From NCBI GenBank assembly GCA_965261975.1, contig CBDHEC010000018.1, positions 9,142-73,141 on the forward strand: a stretch of DNA of 64,000 bases. Reading direction: 5' to 3'. Position 1 is the stretch's first letter. Every line of letters begins with the position of its first letter. Shown here one piece after another: positions 50,617 through 61,607 of the stretch. Made by a program: the position numbers and the translations under genes. The DNA comes from Alphaproteobacteria bacterium (GTDB lineage Bacteria > Pseudomonadota > Alphaproteobacteria > UBA6615). Under the pieces are notes generated by a model. The model saw only the letters and a list, made by a program, of their open reading frames with translations. It was not told the DNA's origin and searched no databases.

Positions 50617-51597
50617 ATGAAAGCCGTTCAAATCCAGACCTATGGCGGGCCGGAAGTGGTCGACGTCATTGAAATCGACATACCGTCACCCGGCCCGGGC
50701 CAGGTGTTGGTGAAGGCACATACCTTCGGCTTGGGCTACCCCGACGTTTTGTTGCGGACCGGCGTCTATAAATGGAAACCGTCCCTGCCCAGCATCCTCG
50801 GCAACGAGATGAGCGGGCATATCGAAGCGATTGGCGAGGGCGTCACGGGTCTCGAAATCGGCCAGCCTGTTCTCGTGTTCGGCACAGGCGGCGGACGACA
50901 CGCGGAATACAACGCCGTGGACACCGCCCTTGTCACACCGCTACCCGATAGCGTCGACCTCGAGGCCGCAGTCAGCATCCCCAACTACCTCGTCGCCTGG
51001 GCCATTCTCCACGACGTGGCGCGCACCGAGGATGTGAAAACGATCTATGTGAACGGTGCCGCCGGTGGCATGGGCACGGCGATTCTCGACATGTGCCGAG
51101 ACGCAGGCATCGCGACAATCGCGGGAGCAAGCACGGATGAAAAATGTGCCTTCGCAGCCGAACTGGGGACGCTAGGAACGGTCAATTACTCGACGGAGAA
51201 TATCGTCGAGAAAGTGCGCGACATCACCGATGGCCGCGGCGTCGATTTGAGCTTCGACCAACTCGGCGGGCCGGACCTCGTGAACAATCTCGACATGCTC
51301 GCCCCCATGGGCATGGTCGTGCTCTACAACGCACTTGCAGGGGCGCCGGATGAAGACCTGTATGAGGGACTGCGCGCGCGCCGCGGCCTGAGCCTCGGCG
51401 TTCAGTGCTTTTCGCTGCACGTTTATGACGAACAACCGGAACGCAAGGCTGCAATCTTCGAAGCGCTGATCGCAAAGTTCGCCGTCGGCGCGTATGCGCC
51501 CCCGACCTTCGACCGGTTGCCCCTGAGCGAAGCGCGCCGGGCGCATGAACTCATGGATGACCGTGCCATCCTGGGAAAGCTGCTGCTTAAACCCTGA
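50617..51597 (+). CDS. Quinone oxidoreductase-like MDR family dehydrogenase
   Basis: MKAV...GGPEV, LGNEMSG, GAAGGMG and GKLLL; start at ATG 50617. Confidence 0.87.
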   Translation: MKAVQIQTYGGPEVVDVIEIDIPSPGPGQVLVKAHTFGLGYPDVLLRTGVYKWKPSLPSILGNEMSGHIEAIGEGVTGLEIGQPVLVFGTGGGRHAEYNAVDTALVTPLPDSVDLEAAVSIPNYLVAWAILHDVARTEDVKTIYVNGAAGGMGTAILDMCRDAGIATIAGASTDEKCAFAAELGTLGTVNYSTENIVEKVRDITDGRGVDLSFDQLGGPDLVNNLDMLAPMGMVVLYNALAGAPDEDLYEGLRARRGLSLGVQCFSLHVYDEQPERKAAIFEALIAKFAVGAYAPPTFDRLPLSEARRAHELMDDRAILGKLLLKP

Positions 51598-51630
51598 TAA
51601 ACGATGGCTGTTTCGCGGGAGCGAGGCAGA

Positions 51631-53547
51631 CTAGTCCGATGCGGATTGCCGAAGGTTATTCTCGGGCACACCAATCGGGCGCACGCGTTCGGCCGGGAAC
51701 CGGACTGTCACGATGGTTCCTTCGTTTACCCCGCTTTCGATCTCGACGTCGGCGTCGTGCATTTCTGCCATCGATTTAACCAGTGCCAACCCAAGCCCGG
51801 TTCCCTCGTATTTGCGATTCATGCCGCTGTCGACCTGAACGAAGGGCTGCATGATGCTCTCGAGTTGCTCGGGCGAGATGCCGATACCCGAATCCTTCAC
51901 CTGGATCACGCAGTCACCGCTCTGGTCGAGCCCCGCACTCACGACGACTTCGCTTTTCTCGAACGAAAATTTGACCGCGTTGGAGAGAAGATTAAGCACG
52001 ATCTGCCGGACGAGGCGTTCGTCGGCGTAAATCTGCGGGAAACCGTCGGGCACAACGACAGTGATCCGCACATCATCGCCTTCACCGCGATCGGCCATCA
52101 TTCGCGTGCAACTGTGCAGAATATCCTCGAGATCGACCTCGGCCTCCAGGAGTTCCATTTTACCGGCTTCAATTTTCGCCATGTCCAGAACATCATTGAT
52201 GATATCCAGCAGATGGCGGCCCGAGCCATGGATGTCGCCCAGATACTCCATATATTGCTCGGCCCCGAGCGGCCCGTGAATCTGGTTCCGCATCAGCTCC
52301 GAGAAACCGATCACGGCATTGAGCGGTGTGCGCAGTTCATGGCTGATATTGGCCAGGAAATCCGACTTGGCACGGTTTGCAGATTCGGCCTCCTCCTTCG
52401 CCGCGCGCAGGCCGGATTCGCGTTGCGAAAGCTGGTTGACCATGCGGTTGAAACTCTTCGCCAGAACACGCAATTCGCGTGGCGCATGTACCGGCAACTC
52501 AGCCACGCGTGTGTGCAATCCATCGGCGGCAACTTCACTCGCTGCCTTGGAAACCGACACGATCGGCGCCGCCATATAGTTTGACAACAACCAGCCGATC
52601 ACCGCCGCAGCCAAAATGCCGATGAGCGCCAGTGCGACCGCAATTCTGCGCACGCCGCTCGCCGTCTCCTCGAGTTCGCTGAAGGGCTGCGGCACCATGA
52701 CCCCCCACCCGACGCCGGGAACAGATGTGTGGCCGGCAATCATGTCGGCCGCCATCGGCGGCGAATAGAATGTCGCGACACCTGTCTCGCCACGCATCAT
52801 CTTCTGGACAACCGACAGGCCCGATGCGTCCTTCGACGTCGCTTCCCAATCCTTGTTCGGATGCGCCACAACCTGGCCCTTGCTGTCGACAATCATCGAA
52901 TGGCCACGCTCACCGAACACAATCGCGGCCTGCACTTCGCGCAGGAACGCGGTCTCGAGTGCCCCGAGCGCCAGGATTCCGTCGTCGAAGACGCGCATAA
53001 CAAAAAATATTGGCTCGCCATCCACGCGGATCAAACTCGATATGACGATCCCGTCGGGGTCCGCTTCGGCCATTTCTCGTAAGTTGGCGACATCTTCTCG
53101 GGCCATCGTCATGCCGTTCCGCATTTCAAGCGGCGGCATCACATAATTTTTCAGCTCGTTTGCGGGACCGACCAGCGCGACGTAGCGGAAGTTCAAAGTC
53201 CGCAGCAGCTGTTCGAAGCCTTTGAGTTCATAGGAATCATGGCCGTTATACGCGGCAACGCGAAAAGCCTCTTGCACATCGGTCACGTAACGTTCGAGGA
53301 CACCGCTCAGATTTCGCGCAATCAGGAGATGCTTCTCGGTGACCGATTCAACTTCCTTTTCCAGCGCGTTCGATTGCACCCAGCCCGCCAGCAGAAAAAC
53401 CGGCACGGCCGAGATGAAAACCAGCGCGGTAAAGAGAATCAGTTGAACCCGATAGCCCTTGGCGATCCGTGACGCGAAACGACGCAGCGCACCCCGCGAG
53501 CGTTCACCCGCAGTTACCCCGTCCGCGCGGATATCGTCATTCGCCAT
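51631..53547 (-). CDS. Membrane sensor histidine kinase (Cache-like periplasmic domain, HAMP, HisKA, HATPase)
   Basis: [12 protein letters not shown]-box, [14 protein letters not shown] and GTGLGL; two TM segments; start uncertain. Confidence 0.92.
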   Translation of the reverse strand: MANDDIRADGVTAGERSRGALRRFASRIAKGYRVQLILFTALVFISAVPVFLLAGWVQSNALEKEVESVTEKHLLIARNLSGVLERYVTDVQEAFRVAAYNGHDSYELKGFEQLLRTLNFRYVALVGPANELKNYVMPPLEMRNGMTMAREDVANLREMAEADPDGIVISSLIRVDGEPIFFVMRVFDDGILALGALETAFLREVQAAIVFGERGHSMIVDSKGQVVAHPNKDWEATSKDASGLSVVQKMMRGETGVATFYSPPMAADMIAGHTSVPGVGWGVMVPQPFSELEETASGVRRIAVALALIGILAAAVIGWLLSNYMAAPIVSVSKAASEVAADGLHTRVAELPVHAPRELRVLAKSFNRMVNQLSQRESGLRAAKEEAESANRAKSDFLANISHELRTPLNAVIGFSELMRNQIHGPLGAEQYMEYLGDIHGSGRHLLDIINDVLDMAKIEAGKMELLEAEVDLEDILHSCTRMMADRGEGDDVRITVVVPDGFPQIYADERLVRQIVLNLLSNAVKFSFEKSEVVVSAGLDQSGDCVIQVKDSGIGISPEQLESIMQPFVQVDSGMNRKYEGTGLGLALVKSMAEMHDADVEIESGVNEGTIVTVRFPAERVRPIGVPENNLRQSASD

Positions 53548-53789
53548 ATGCTGTTTCAGCCCGCAGTTTAACCCCACGGCTAGACTGCCAGAATTCACTG
53601 CAAATGTCTGTTCCAACGCCTAAAAATTGATAAAGGCGGGCCAGAAAGCCCGGTCAACGGTCGTCTGTTGTGACACCGTGCCCGGGCGGCACATGTCATC
53701 TGACAGATCACTGGGTGTTTGGGATCGGTTCGACGACTAGCTTGCTCTCATAAACTTAAACATCAGCTCCCCAGACTTGGAGAATCAAC

Positions 53790-54668
53790 ATGCACATCCG
53801 TGTGATTGGCATCGTAATGGCCGCGTTTGTCTTTTTCGCCGCCCCGTTCACCGCCACACCCGCCACCGCCCAAGATAAGTTCGTCTTCACGGCCATCCCC
53901 GATCAGGACGAAACACGCCTGCGAACCCGGTTCGATAAGGTCGCCTTGTATCTGTCGGAAACCCTCGGAATCGACGCCGAATATGTTCCCGTCAAATCCT
54001 ACGCTGCCGCCGTCACTGCCTTTCGCAATGATCAGGTTCAGCTCGCATGGTTCGGTGGCCTGTCCGGCGTGCAGGCACGCGGTGCGGTCGAGGGTTCACA
54101 AGCACTCGCCCAAGGCGCCGAAGACCTGGAATTCGTTACCTACTTTATCGCGCACACCAGCACCGGCCTGACGGAAAGCGCCGAATTTCCGAAATCAATT
54201 GCCGGGAAGACATTCACCTTCGGCTCGAAAGGCTCCACCTCCGGACGCCTGATGCCGGAGTTTCACATCCGCAACCAGTTCGGAAAAGCACCCGACGATG
54301 TGTTCTCGCGTGTCGGGTTCAGCGGCGATCATTCCCGCACGATTGCTTTGGTGCAATCGGGCGCGTTCGAGGTGGGCGCGCTGAGTTTCGCGGTCTGGGA
54401 GAGCGAATTGCGAGAGGGCCGGATCGACCCCGAGAAGGTGCGGGTCATTTGGCGAACACCGACCTATCCGGACTATCAATGGTCGATCCGCGGCGACGTG
54501 GACCGAAAATTCGGACCGGCGTTTGCCGAGAAGGTGCGCAATGCATTGCTGGCGATCGAGGACCCCGCACTGCTTCAGGCGTTTCCGCGCTCGCGATTCA
54601 TCCCCGCAACCAACGATGACTATGAACCGATCGTGCGGGTGGGCAAGGATATCGGCCTGATCGACTGA
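53790..54668 (+). CDS. PhnD-like ABC substrate-binding protein, putative selenate subfamily
   Basis: Signal peptide; AIPDQD, LAWFGGLSGVQAR, FTFGSKGSTSGRLMP and YPDYQW. Confidence 0.8.
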   Translation: MHIRVIGIVMAAFVFFAAPFTATPATAQDKFVFTAIPDQDETRLRTRFDKVALYLSETLGIDAEYVPVKSYAAAVTAFRNDQVQLAWFGGLSGVQARGAVEGSQALAQGAEDLEFVTYFIAHTSTGLTESAEFPKSIAGKTFTFGSKGSTSGRLMPEFHIRNQFGKAPDDVFSRVGFSGDHSRTIALVQSGAFEVGALSFAVWESELREGRIDPEKVRVIWRTPTYPDYQWSIRGDVDRKFGPAFAEKVRNALLAIEDPALLQAFPRSRFIPATNDDYEPIVRVGKDIGLID

Positions 54669-55324
54669 TGCACGTCCTCGACCTGGCGGGTGTCCCCGCC
54701 GGCTATGCAGGCCGGCGGGTGCTCGAAGACATTCATCTGCATGTCGAACCCGGCGAACGGATCGCAATCGTCGGAGAGAGTGGTGCGGGCAAGACAACCC
54801 TGCTGCGCCTGATGCGCGAGCACTGCACCGCCCCGGCGGCGATCATCCCGCAGGATCTCGGGCTCGTACAGGCGCTGACCGTTTTCCACAATGTCTATAT
54901 GGGTCAGCTCCACAACCGTTCGACGCTGCACAATCTGCGGACGTTGTTCTGGCCCGCCGGGCGCGACATCGAAGCTGTTCGTGATGTCCTGCAGCCGTTG
55001 CGCCTGCCCGATGAAATGTTTTCCGCGGTACGGCGTCTGTCGGGCGGTCAACAGCAACGCACGGCGGTCGCGCGTGCATTGTTCAACGATGGGCCCGTCC
55101 TGATCGCCGACGAGCCTGTCTCCGCCGTCGACGACCATCAGGCCCGCGAAATCCTGTCCCTTGCCGGCACGCAGAAAGAAACCATCATCGTCGCGCTGCA
55201 CGATCGCGCGCTGGCCCTGTCGTTTGCGGATCGCATCATCGGCCTGAAGGACGGGAAGGTCGCACTCGACACCCTCACGGCCGGACTGCAGCCGGGTGAC
55301 CTGGACGGGCTCTACAAATCGTGA
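54668..55324 (+). CDS. ABC transporter ATP-binding protein (PhnC-like)
   Basis: GESGAGKT, LSGGQQQR, ADEPVS and LHD. Confidence 0.9.
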   Translation: MHVLDLAGVPAGYAGRRVLEDIHLHVEPGERIAIVGESGAGKTTLLRLMREHCTAPAAIIPQDLGLVQALTVFHNVYMGQLHNRSTLHNLRTLFWPAGRDIEAVRDVLQPLRLPDEMFSAVRRLSGGQQQRTAVARALFNDGPVLIADEPVSAVDDHQAREILSLAGTQKETIIVALHDRALALSFADRIIGLKDGKVALDTLTAGLQPGDLDGLYKS

Positions 55325-56811
55325 GTGCCGCGACGCGCCTCTACCGGCACTCGCCCCTGGCAAGAACGATTTTCTCGTTTATCACGGTCGCGCTGCTCTT
55401 TCTCGTCTTCGCCGATCTGGAAATCGCGACTGTCGACCCCTGGGACGAGTTCGGGCGGCTGCTGATCGGCATCGTGACCCCGGATTTCTTCGCAACGGAG
55501 AACCTGGTATCGGCGCTCGTCAACACCATGGCCTTCGCGTTCCTGGGCGTCGCGTTCGGCGTCGGATTCGGGTTCCTGCTCGCCCTCGGGTTCCATAGCC
55601 GGATCATTCGAATCTTCTGCGTCATCGTGCGGGCAGTCCACGAACTCTTCTGGGCACTGATCTTCCTGCAACTCTTCGGGCTGTCGCCGCTGACCGGTAT
55701 CCTGGCGATCGGCATTCCCTATGCCGGGATTGTCGCCAAGGTGTTCGCCGAGATCCTCGAAGAAGCCGATGGCCGCGCCCTCGACGCGGCCCCTTCGGGC
55801 GCCGGCCGACTATCGACCCTGCTGTTCGTACGACTTCCCGATGTCTGGTCGCATTTTCGCACCTATGCGCTGTACCGCCTGGAGTGCGGGCTGCGTTCGA
55901 GCGCGGTGCTGGGTTTCGTTGGCCTGCCCACATTGGGTTTTCACCTCGAGACCGCGTTCCGCCAGGGAGAATATTCCGAGGCCTCCGCACTGCTGATCCT
56001 GTTCTACGTGATCATCGCCAGCCAGCGGCTCTGGGCCCGGCGCCGGCTGGTTCCCGTCTACCTGATCTGCGCCGCGCTGGTCCTGCCCTGGGCGACATAC
56101 ATCTCCGGGGCAAACATCGTCCGCTTCCTGACGGTCGATATCGTCCCCTTCCCGTTGCGCAACGGCGACGGCATCGCGGGCCTGATGGACTGGCTATGGC
56201 TGCTCACTTCCACCCAGGCGCTCCCCGGCTCCATCGCGACGGTCCAGCTCACGATGATCGCCCTGGTCGCCACCGGGCTGCTCTCGACCTTGATGTTCCC
56301 GTTCATCTCACCACAGATGTTCGGCCGCCCCATGCGCGGATTTTCCCATTTGGTTCTGGTCGTGACACGCTCGACGCCGGAATACATCCTCGCCTTCATT
56401 TTCCTGCAGCTCTGGGGGCCGTCGATGCTGCCCGCGATCGTTGCGCTGGCGCTTCATAACGGTGGCATCATCGGGCATCTGATCGGCCGACACACCGAAA
56501 TCCTGACATTGCGGCCCGACGCACCAACCGGTCTCAACCGATACGCGTACGAATTGTTGCCGCGCGTCTATCGCAACCTGCTCGCCCTGCTCTTCTATCG
56601 CTGGGAAGTCATCATGCGGGAAACGGCGATACTCGGAATTCTGGGGATCGCGACGCTCGGTTTCTATGTCGACAGCGCCTTCGCCGAGCTGCGCTTCGAC
56701 CGCGCGATATTCCTGATCGCGCTGACGGCGGCTTTGAACATCGCGATCGATGTTACATCACGTCGGGTGCGCGCCTATCTGCGGCTCCGCACCGCGCTGG
56801 AAGGTCGCTAG
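55321..56811 (+). CDS. ABC transporter permease with two fused PhnE-like domains
   Basis: Two repeats (RAVHEL...YRLECGLRSSAVLG and RSTPEY...YRWEVIMRETAILG). Confidence 0.88.
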   Translation: MSAATRLYRHSPLARTIFSFITVALLFLVFADLEIATVDPWDEFGRLLIGIVTPDFFATENLVSALVNTMAFAFLGVAFGVGFGFLLALGFHSRIIRIFCVIVRAVHELFWALIFLQLFGLSPLTGILAIGIPYAGIVAKVFAEILEEADGRALDAAPSGAGRLSTLLFVRLPDVWSHFRTYALYRLECGLRSSAVLGFVGLPTLGFHLETAFRQGEYSEASALLILFYVIIASQRLWARRRLVPVYLICAALVLPWATYISGANIVRFLTVDIVPFPLRNGDGIAGLMDWLWLLTSTQALPGSIATVQLTMIALVATGLLSTLMFPFISPQMFGRPMRGFSHLVLVVTRSTPEYILAFIFLQLWGPSMLPAIVALALHNGGIIGHLIGRHTEILTLRPDAPTGLNRYAYELLPRVYRNLLALLFYRWEVIMRETAILGILGIATLGFYVDSAFAELRFDRAIFLIALTAALNIAIDVTSRRVRAYLRLRTALEGR

Positions 56812-57638
56812 AACAGTTTCTCGCGGGCCACGCGGGCGGCATCTTCCATGGTCATGAATTCCGCCCCGTCGGCGATCAACTTGTCCACCAGCTTCTCGAA
56901 CGAGTACATCCGAAAGCCGCGACCGATCACATAGGGGTGCATGGTGTAGGTCAGCACCCCCCACTCCTCATTCGCCTGCATGTAGACGAACTCGTCATAC
57001 CAGCTGTCCATGACCTCGCGCGCCGGGCGCAGGCCGGGCATGAGGAAGGTCGGTGTGCGCATATATTCGAAATGGGGATGATCATCGAGGGTCCAGCTGA
57101 TCGGCATCTCGATGATGGAGGAATCCTCGCCATACTCGATCGGCTTGCCGAGCTCCGCCTTGTCGCCGCGGCGCGCCATCATCGGAATGTAGTCGCCGGC
57201 CATCAGGCTGCTGTCGTACTCCATGCCCTGAGCCTCGAGCAGGTCGAGTGTGTTCTCGCTCAGATCCCAGGACGGGGAGCGATAGCCGCGCGCCCGCTTG
57301 CCGGTCAGCTTCTCGATCGCCTCGTTGGCACGCTCCATGTCTTCTTCTTCCTCGGCCCGGCTCTGCTCGGCAGGCGGGACATGGGCCCAGCTGTGATGAG
57401 CCACTTCGTGGCCACCTTCGACAACGGCGTCGCAGGCCTCGCGATGGCTTTCGATGGTGAAACCCGGAATGAACCAGGTCATCGGGATACCGCGCGACTT
57501 GGCGAGATCGAGAATCCGCCGCGCTCCGGTGAGCCCGAATTCGCCGCGCGACAACATGGTGGGCGTGGCGAGACCGCGGGCGATGAAACCGCTCTCGGTA
57601 TCGAAATCAAATGTCAGGCAAACGATATGGCGCGGCAT
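56808..57638 (-). CDS. Polysaccharide deacetylase family protein (PgdA/PuuE-like)
   Basis: LTFDFD, HEVAHHSWAH, GYRSP, YDSS and MHP.VIGR; start at ATG 57638. Confidence 0.87.
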   Translation of the reverse strand: MPRHIVCLTFDFDTESGFIARGLATPTMLSRGEFGLTGARRILDLAKSRGIPMTWFIPGFTIESHREACDAVVEGGHEVAHHSWAHVPPAEQSRAEEEEDMERANEAIEKLTGKRARGYRSPSWDLSENTLDLLEAQGMEYDSSLMAGDYIPMMARRGDKAELGKPIEYGEDSSIIEMPISWTLDDHPHFEYMRTPTFLMPGLRPAREVMDSWYDEFVYMQANEEWGVLTYTMHPYVIGRGFRMYSFEKLVDKLIADGAEFMTMEDAARVAREKLF

Positions 57639-57735
57639 GGTCTTCCCCCCGAAAATCCAGAGCCATTGGTTAGCGCATTCGGACCCGAGAGTGTAGTAAG
57701 AGCGAAAAGAAAATACGTAAGCGGGGGAGATCACC

Positions 57736-58899
57736 ATGGCGACGAAAACACTCGGCATCATTCTGAATGGCGCGACGGGCCGCATTTGCAGGACCCAGCA
57801 TATCCGCGGCGGACTGGCCCAGATTTGCGCGGAAGGCGGGCTGCCCGTCGGCGATGACGTGATCATGCCCCGCCTGTTGCTCGCCGGCCGCAACGAGGCA
57901 CGCCTTGCCGAGGTCGCGCAGGAGTTCGGGATCGAGGAATGGACGACCGACCTTGATGCGGCGCTGGCGGACCCGGATTTCCCCGTCTTTTTCGACGCCG
58001 CAGCGACCCATCTGCGTCTCGACACGCTCAACCGCGCCATCGACGCGGGCAAGCATATCTATACCGAGAAACCCATCGCCCCCAGCGTGGCCGAGGGCCT
58101 CGAGCTGATGCGGCGCGCCGATGAAAAAGGCCTGCGCCACGGTGCGGTCGAGGACAAACTCTTCCTGCCAGGCTTTCGCAAACTCGCACATCTCGTCGAA
58201 CAGGGATTCTTCGGCCGCGTCGTCGGGTTCCGCCTCGAGTTCGGCTGGTGGGTGTTCGATGGTAGCGAGGCGGAATCTCAGCGCCCGAGCTGGAACTACA
58301 CCAAGGCCGGCGGCGGCGGATTGCTGTCGGACATGCACCCCCACTGGCGCTACGTGATCGAAGGCATTCTCGGGCCAATCTCACGCGTGGCCTGTTCCGC
58401 CTGGACCGCGCAACCCGAACGCATCGACGAAGACGGCAAGCGTTACGACGTCGATGTGGAAGACGCCACCGCGACCCTGCTGGAACTGGAGAATGGCGCC
58501 CGGGGCGCGATTCTCAGTTCCTGGGCACGTCGGGTGCGCGGCGACGACCTTGTGACCTTCCAGATCGACGGGACCGCGGGATCGGCGGTCGCGGGGCTGC
58601 GGCAATGCTGGGCCCAGTCCGCCGCCGATACGCCGCGGATCGAGGGTTTCAACATGGGCCCCGACGCGGCGACCATGGATTTCGCCGCCGATTATGACGC
58701 CCAATGGACAGAGGTGCCCGAAACCGCGCCGTACAAGAACCCCTACCGCTTTGGCTGGGAAGGATTCATCCCCCATGTCGTCTCCGGTACACCCTTCGCG
58801 CACAGCCTCGCCGCGGGCATTCGCGACGTGCAGATGGCAGAGGCAAGCGCAGATGCATCCGACAATCACAGCTGGGTGGACATGCCGGTGCTCACCTAG
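57736..58899 (+). CDS. Gfo/Idh/MocA family oxidoreductase
   Basis: NGATGR, GKHIYTEKP and DMHPHW. Confidence 0.87.
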   Translation: MATKTLGIILNGATGRICRTQHIRGGLAQICAEGGLPVGDDVIMPRLLLAGRNEARLAEVAQEFGIEEWTTDLDAALADPDFPVFFDAAATHLRLDTLNRAIDAGKHIYTEKPIAPSVAEGLELMRRADEKGLRHGAVEDKLFLPGFRKLAHLVEQGFFGRVVGFRLEFGWWVFDGSEAESQRPSWNYTKAGGGGLLSDMHPHWRYVIEGILGPISRVACSAWTAQPERIDEDGKRYDVDVEDATATLLELENGARGAILSSWARRVRGDDLVTFQIDGTAGSAVAGLRQCWAQSAADTPRIEGFNMGPDAATMDFAADYDAQWTEVPETAPYKNPYRFGWEGFIPHVVSGTPFAHSLAAGIRDVQMAEASADASDNHSWVDMPVLT

Positions 58900-58958
58900 A
58901 AGCGCACCCATCGTCCAACTGCTATACTCAACAGAACTGAAGACCGCCGGAGCCCCCA

Positions 58959-60098
58959 ATGGCCGACCTTCCCATACTCGATCTTGGTGACGATCCCTAT
59001 GAACGCGGCCTGGTCCATGGCCGTTCTCAACGCACTCAGATCGCCGAGAATATCGACACCTATCTGGCGCGTTTCGCCGCCGGCGGCCTGAATGCCGAGA
59101 CCGCCCGTAAGGAAGGCGAGACATGGGTCGATATCATGCGCGCGCAGAATGCCGACTATGCCGAAGAGATGCGCGGTATCGCAGATGGCGCGGGATTGCC
59201 GCTGGGCGACATTTCCATGCTCAATGCCCGCTACGAGATCACCTTCGGGCTATTCGGCGATGAGGCCAAGGCCAACGACAACCCGGCACTCGCCGACGAC
59301 GCCGATGGCTGCTCCACCTTCGGCTTGATGCCGGAAGCATCGGCGAGCGGACACACTATTCTGGGTCAGAACTGGGACTGGCTGGCCGGCGTTCACGGGC
59401 GCTGCGTGGTACTGCGTATCACGCGCAAGAACGGAACGAACCTGATCTGTTACACCGAGGCCGGCATCGTCGGCGGCAAGATGGGCGTGAACGAGCATGG
59501 GATTGGGCTTGTCGAGAACGGCCTGGTATCTGATCATGACGGTCGCAACGCCTATGAAAAGCCGTTCCACATGCGCTGTCGGGAAGTTCTCGACGCCGAA
59601 ACCTACGACATGGCGCTGCTTCCCATCGTATCGACCAAGCGTGTGTGTTCGGCCAACTTCGTGGTCGGCCATGCAGACGGCGAGATCATCGATGTCGAGA
59701 CCAGCCCCGATGCGGTGTCATATCTCTATCCGCGCGACGGGCTCGTGACCCATTCAAACCATTTCATGGACCCGCGCCACGGCCCGTCCCAGATGGAGCG
59801 GATTTCGACCAGCACCCTCTACCGGGCCAACCGCCTCGACAGGTTACTGCGCGCCCATATGGGTAAAATCGACGATGCCGTCATCCAAGAGGCACTATCG
59901 GATCACTTTGGCTATCCAAACTCGATCTGCCGGCACCCCGACGAACGCCAACCGGAAGCCAAGCGCACCATGACGAACGCGGCATTCATCTTTGATCTGA
60001 ACGCACGCAGCATGCGCGTGGCTAACGGCCCGCCCTGCTCGACGCCATGGGAACTGCACATGCTGGATGGCGATGCCGTCGAACAGGCAGCGGAATAG
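58959..60098 (+). CDS. Peptidase C45 family Ntn-hydrolase/acyltransferase
   Basis: LNARYE, autocleavage site DG|CS, GQNWDW, GVNEHG and HSNHF. Confidence 0.87.
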   Translation: MADLPILDLGDDPYERGLVHGRSQRTQIAENIDTYLARFAAGGLNAETARKEGETWVDIMRAQNADYAEEMRGIADGAGLPLGDISMLNARYEITFGLFGDEAKANDNPALADDADGCSTFGLMPEASASGHTILGQNWDWLAGVHGRCVVLRITRKNGTNLICYTEAGIVGGKMGVNEHGIGLVENGLVSDHDGRNAYEKPFHMRCREVLDAETYDMALLPIVSTKRVCSANFVVGHADGEIIDVETSPDAVSYLYPRDGLVTHSNHFMDPRHGPSQMERISTSTLYRANRLDRLLRAHMGKIDDAVIQEALSDHFGYPNSICRHPDERQPEAKRTMTNAAFIFDLNARSMRVANGPPCSTPWELHMLDGDAVEQAAE

Positions 60099-60106
60099 CC
60101 CTGACG

Positions 60107-61522
60107 CTAAACCCCCATCGGTGACGGGCCGAGCCGTTCGCGCGGCGTGCCCAGCACGTTCTCGGCTGCCAATGCGACGCCGAGCGCCGTCTCTTCGAAC
60201 CCGTCGCGGCAGACGATCTGCATACCCACAGGCATGCCCGCATCATCCAGCCCCACCGGGATTGTCGCGGCACACTGGTTCAGCAAGCTGACCGTCACCG
60301 TGTTCTGCACGAACAGCGTGTTCGCCTTGAGATGGGTCTCCGGCGTGGCGATGTCCGCCATCTTCGGCGGCGTGATCGGGATCGTCGGTCCGACAATGGC
60401 ATCGAACGGCCCAAACGCCGCATCGACGGTCGCCGCCATGGTCGCGACGTCACGCACACGGCGCAAATGTTCGGCGGCGGTGTAGTTTTCCGCCGCGGCC
60501 AGCCGGATCGCCACCGCAGGGTCCAGGTCGTCCTTGTAGTCGATCATCTCGTGGTTGATGAAGCTGGAGAACTCGCCGATATGCAATCCGCCCGCATCGT
60601 TGAGGGCGGTCACATCATCCAGATGGGGCAGCGTCGCTGATGAGACCCGTGCCCCCGCCTTCTCGAGCTCGGCGAGCGCTTCGTGGACACGTTCCGCAAC
60701 GCCGGGGTCACAGTTTTCGAAATACCAGTCACAGACGCCTATCCGGAAGTCGGCCATATCCACCTCGGCCAGCACACCCAGGAACCCCGACACGTCGCCG
60801 CCCAGCAGCGGATCGATCGCCGCGAAGCCAAAGGCGAGATCACCCGCGCTCCGCGCGATGGGCCCCGGTGTGTCGAGCGACGGGACGAGCGGCACAATAC
60901 CATCGATAGACCAACGGCCCGGGGTCGGGCGAATACCGGCGGTGCCCGTCACCGTTGCGGGCATCCGGACAGAGCCGGCCGTGTCCGTGCCGATGGCGAG
61001 CAGTGCCGAGCCCTCGTGCAGGCTCACCCCGGCGCCGGAACTCGAGCCTGCCGGCGAGCGGTGATCCTTCGCGTCCCAGGGATTGCGTGGCGGCCCCCAA
61101 TGTCGGTTCGCCCCCATGCCGCCGAAGGCAAACTGCACCGTATGCGCCTTTCCCGAGATGACCCCCAACTGTTGACGAATGGCGCGCACGACCGGCCCCT
61201 CGTTCTGCCACTTCTCCGGCAACTCGCGGGGACAACCGGCGAAGGTCGGGTATCCGGACACGCCGATCAGATCCTTGATCGAAACCGGGATACCCTGCAG
61301 CGGGCCGAGGTCGATGCCCGCAGCAAACGCTGCATCCGCCGCCGCAGCCTCACCACGAAGCTTGTCGGGCACCCAGGTCTTGTAGGCATGCAACGCCTCA
61401 CCGCGCTGGTCATGGTTATCGATCGCCCATTCCGCGATACCGATCGCGGTCTGGCTGCCGTTTCGCAGCGCTGATGCAATTTCCACGAGCGATGCGGTCG
61501 CAAGATCCGGTGTCGATGTCAT
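60107..61522 (-). CDS. Amidase signature family protein
   Basis: GIPVSIKD, PAGSSSG and GTDTAGSVRMPA (Lys-Ser-Ser triad); start at ATG 61522. Confidence 0.9.
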   Translation of the reverse strand: MTSTPDLATASLVEIASALRNGSQTAIGIAEWAIDNHDQRGEALHAYKTWVPDKLRGEAAAADAAFAAGIDLGPLQGIPVSIKDLIGVSGYPTFAGCPRELPEKWQNEGPVVRAIRQQLGVISGKAHTVQFAFGGMGANRHWGPPRNPWDAKDHRSPAGSSSGAGVSLHEGSALLAIGTDTAGSVRMPATVTGTAGIRPTPGRWSIDGIVPLVPSLDTPGPIARSAGDLAFGFAAIDPLLGGDVSGFLGVLAEVDMADFRIGVCDWYFENCDPGVAERVHEALAELEKAGARVSSATLPHLDDVTALNDAGGLHIGEFSSFINHEMIDYKDDLDPAVAIRLAAAENYTAAEHLRRVRDVATMAATVDAAFGPFDAIVGPTIPITPPKMADIATPETHLKANTLFVQNTVTVSLLNQCAATIPVGLDDAGMPVGMQIVCRDGFEETALGVALAAENVLGTPRERLGPSPMGV

Positions 61523-61607
61523 GCTGTTCTCCCCCGATTTGGTCGCTATTGTTCCATCAAACGCCCCCACGGGGCCACCAGCCATTGCCGCCTACGGACC
61601 GACCTCA

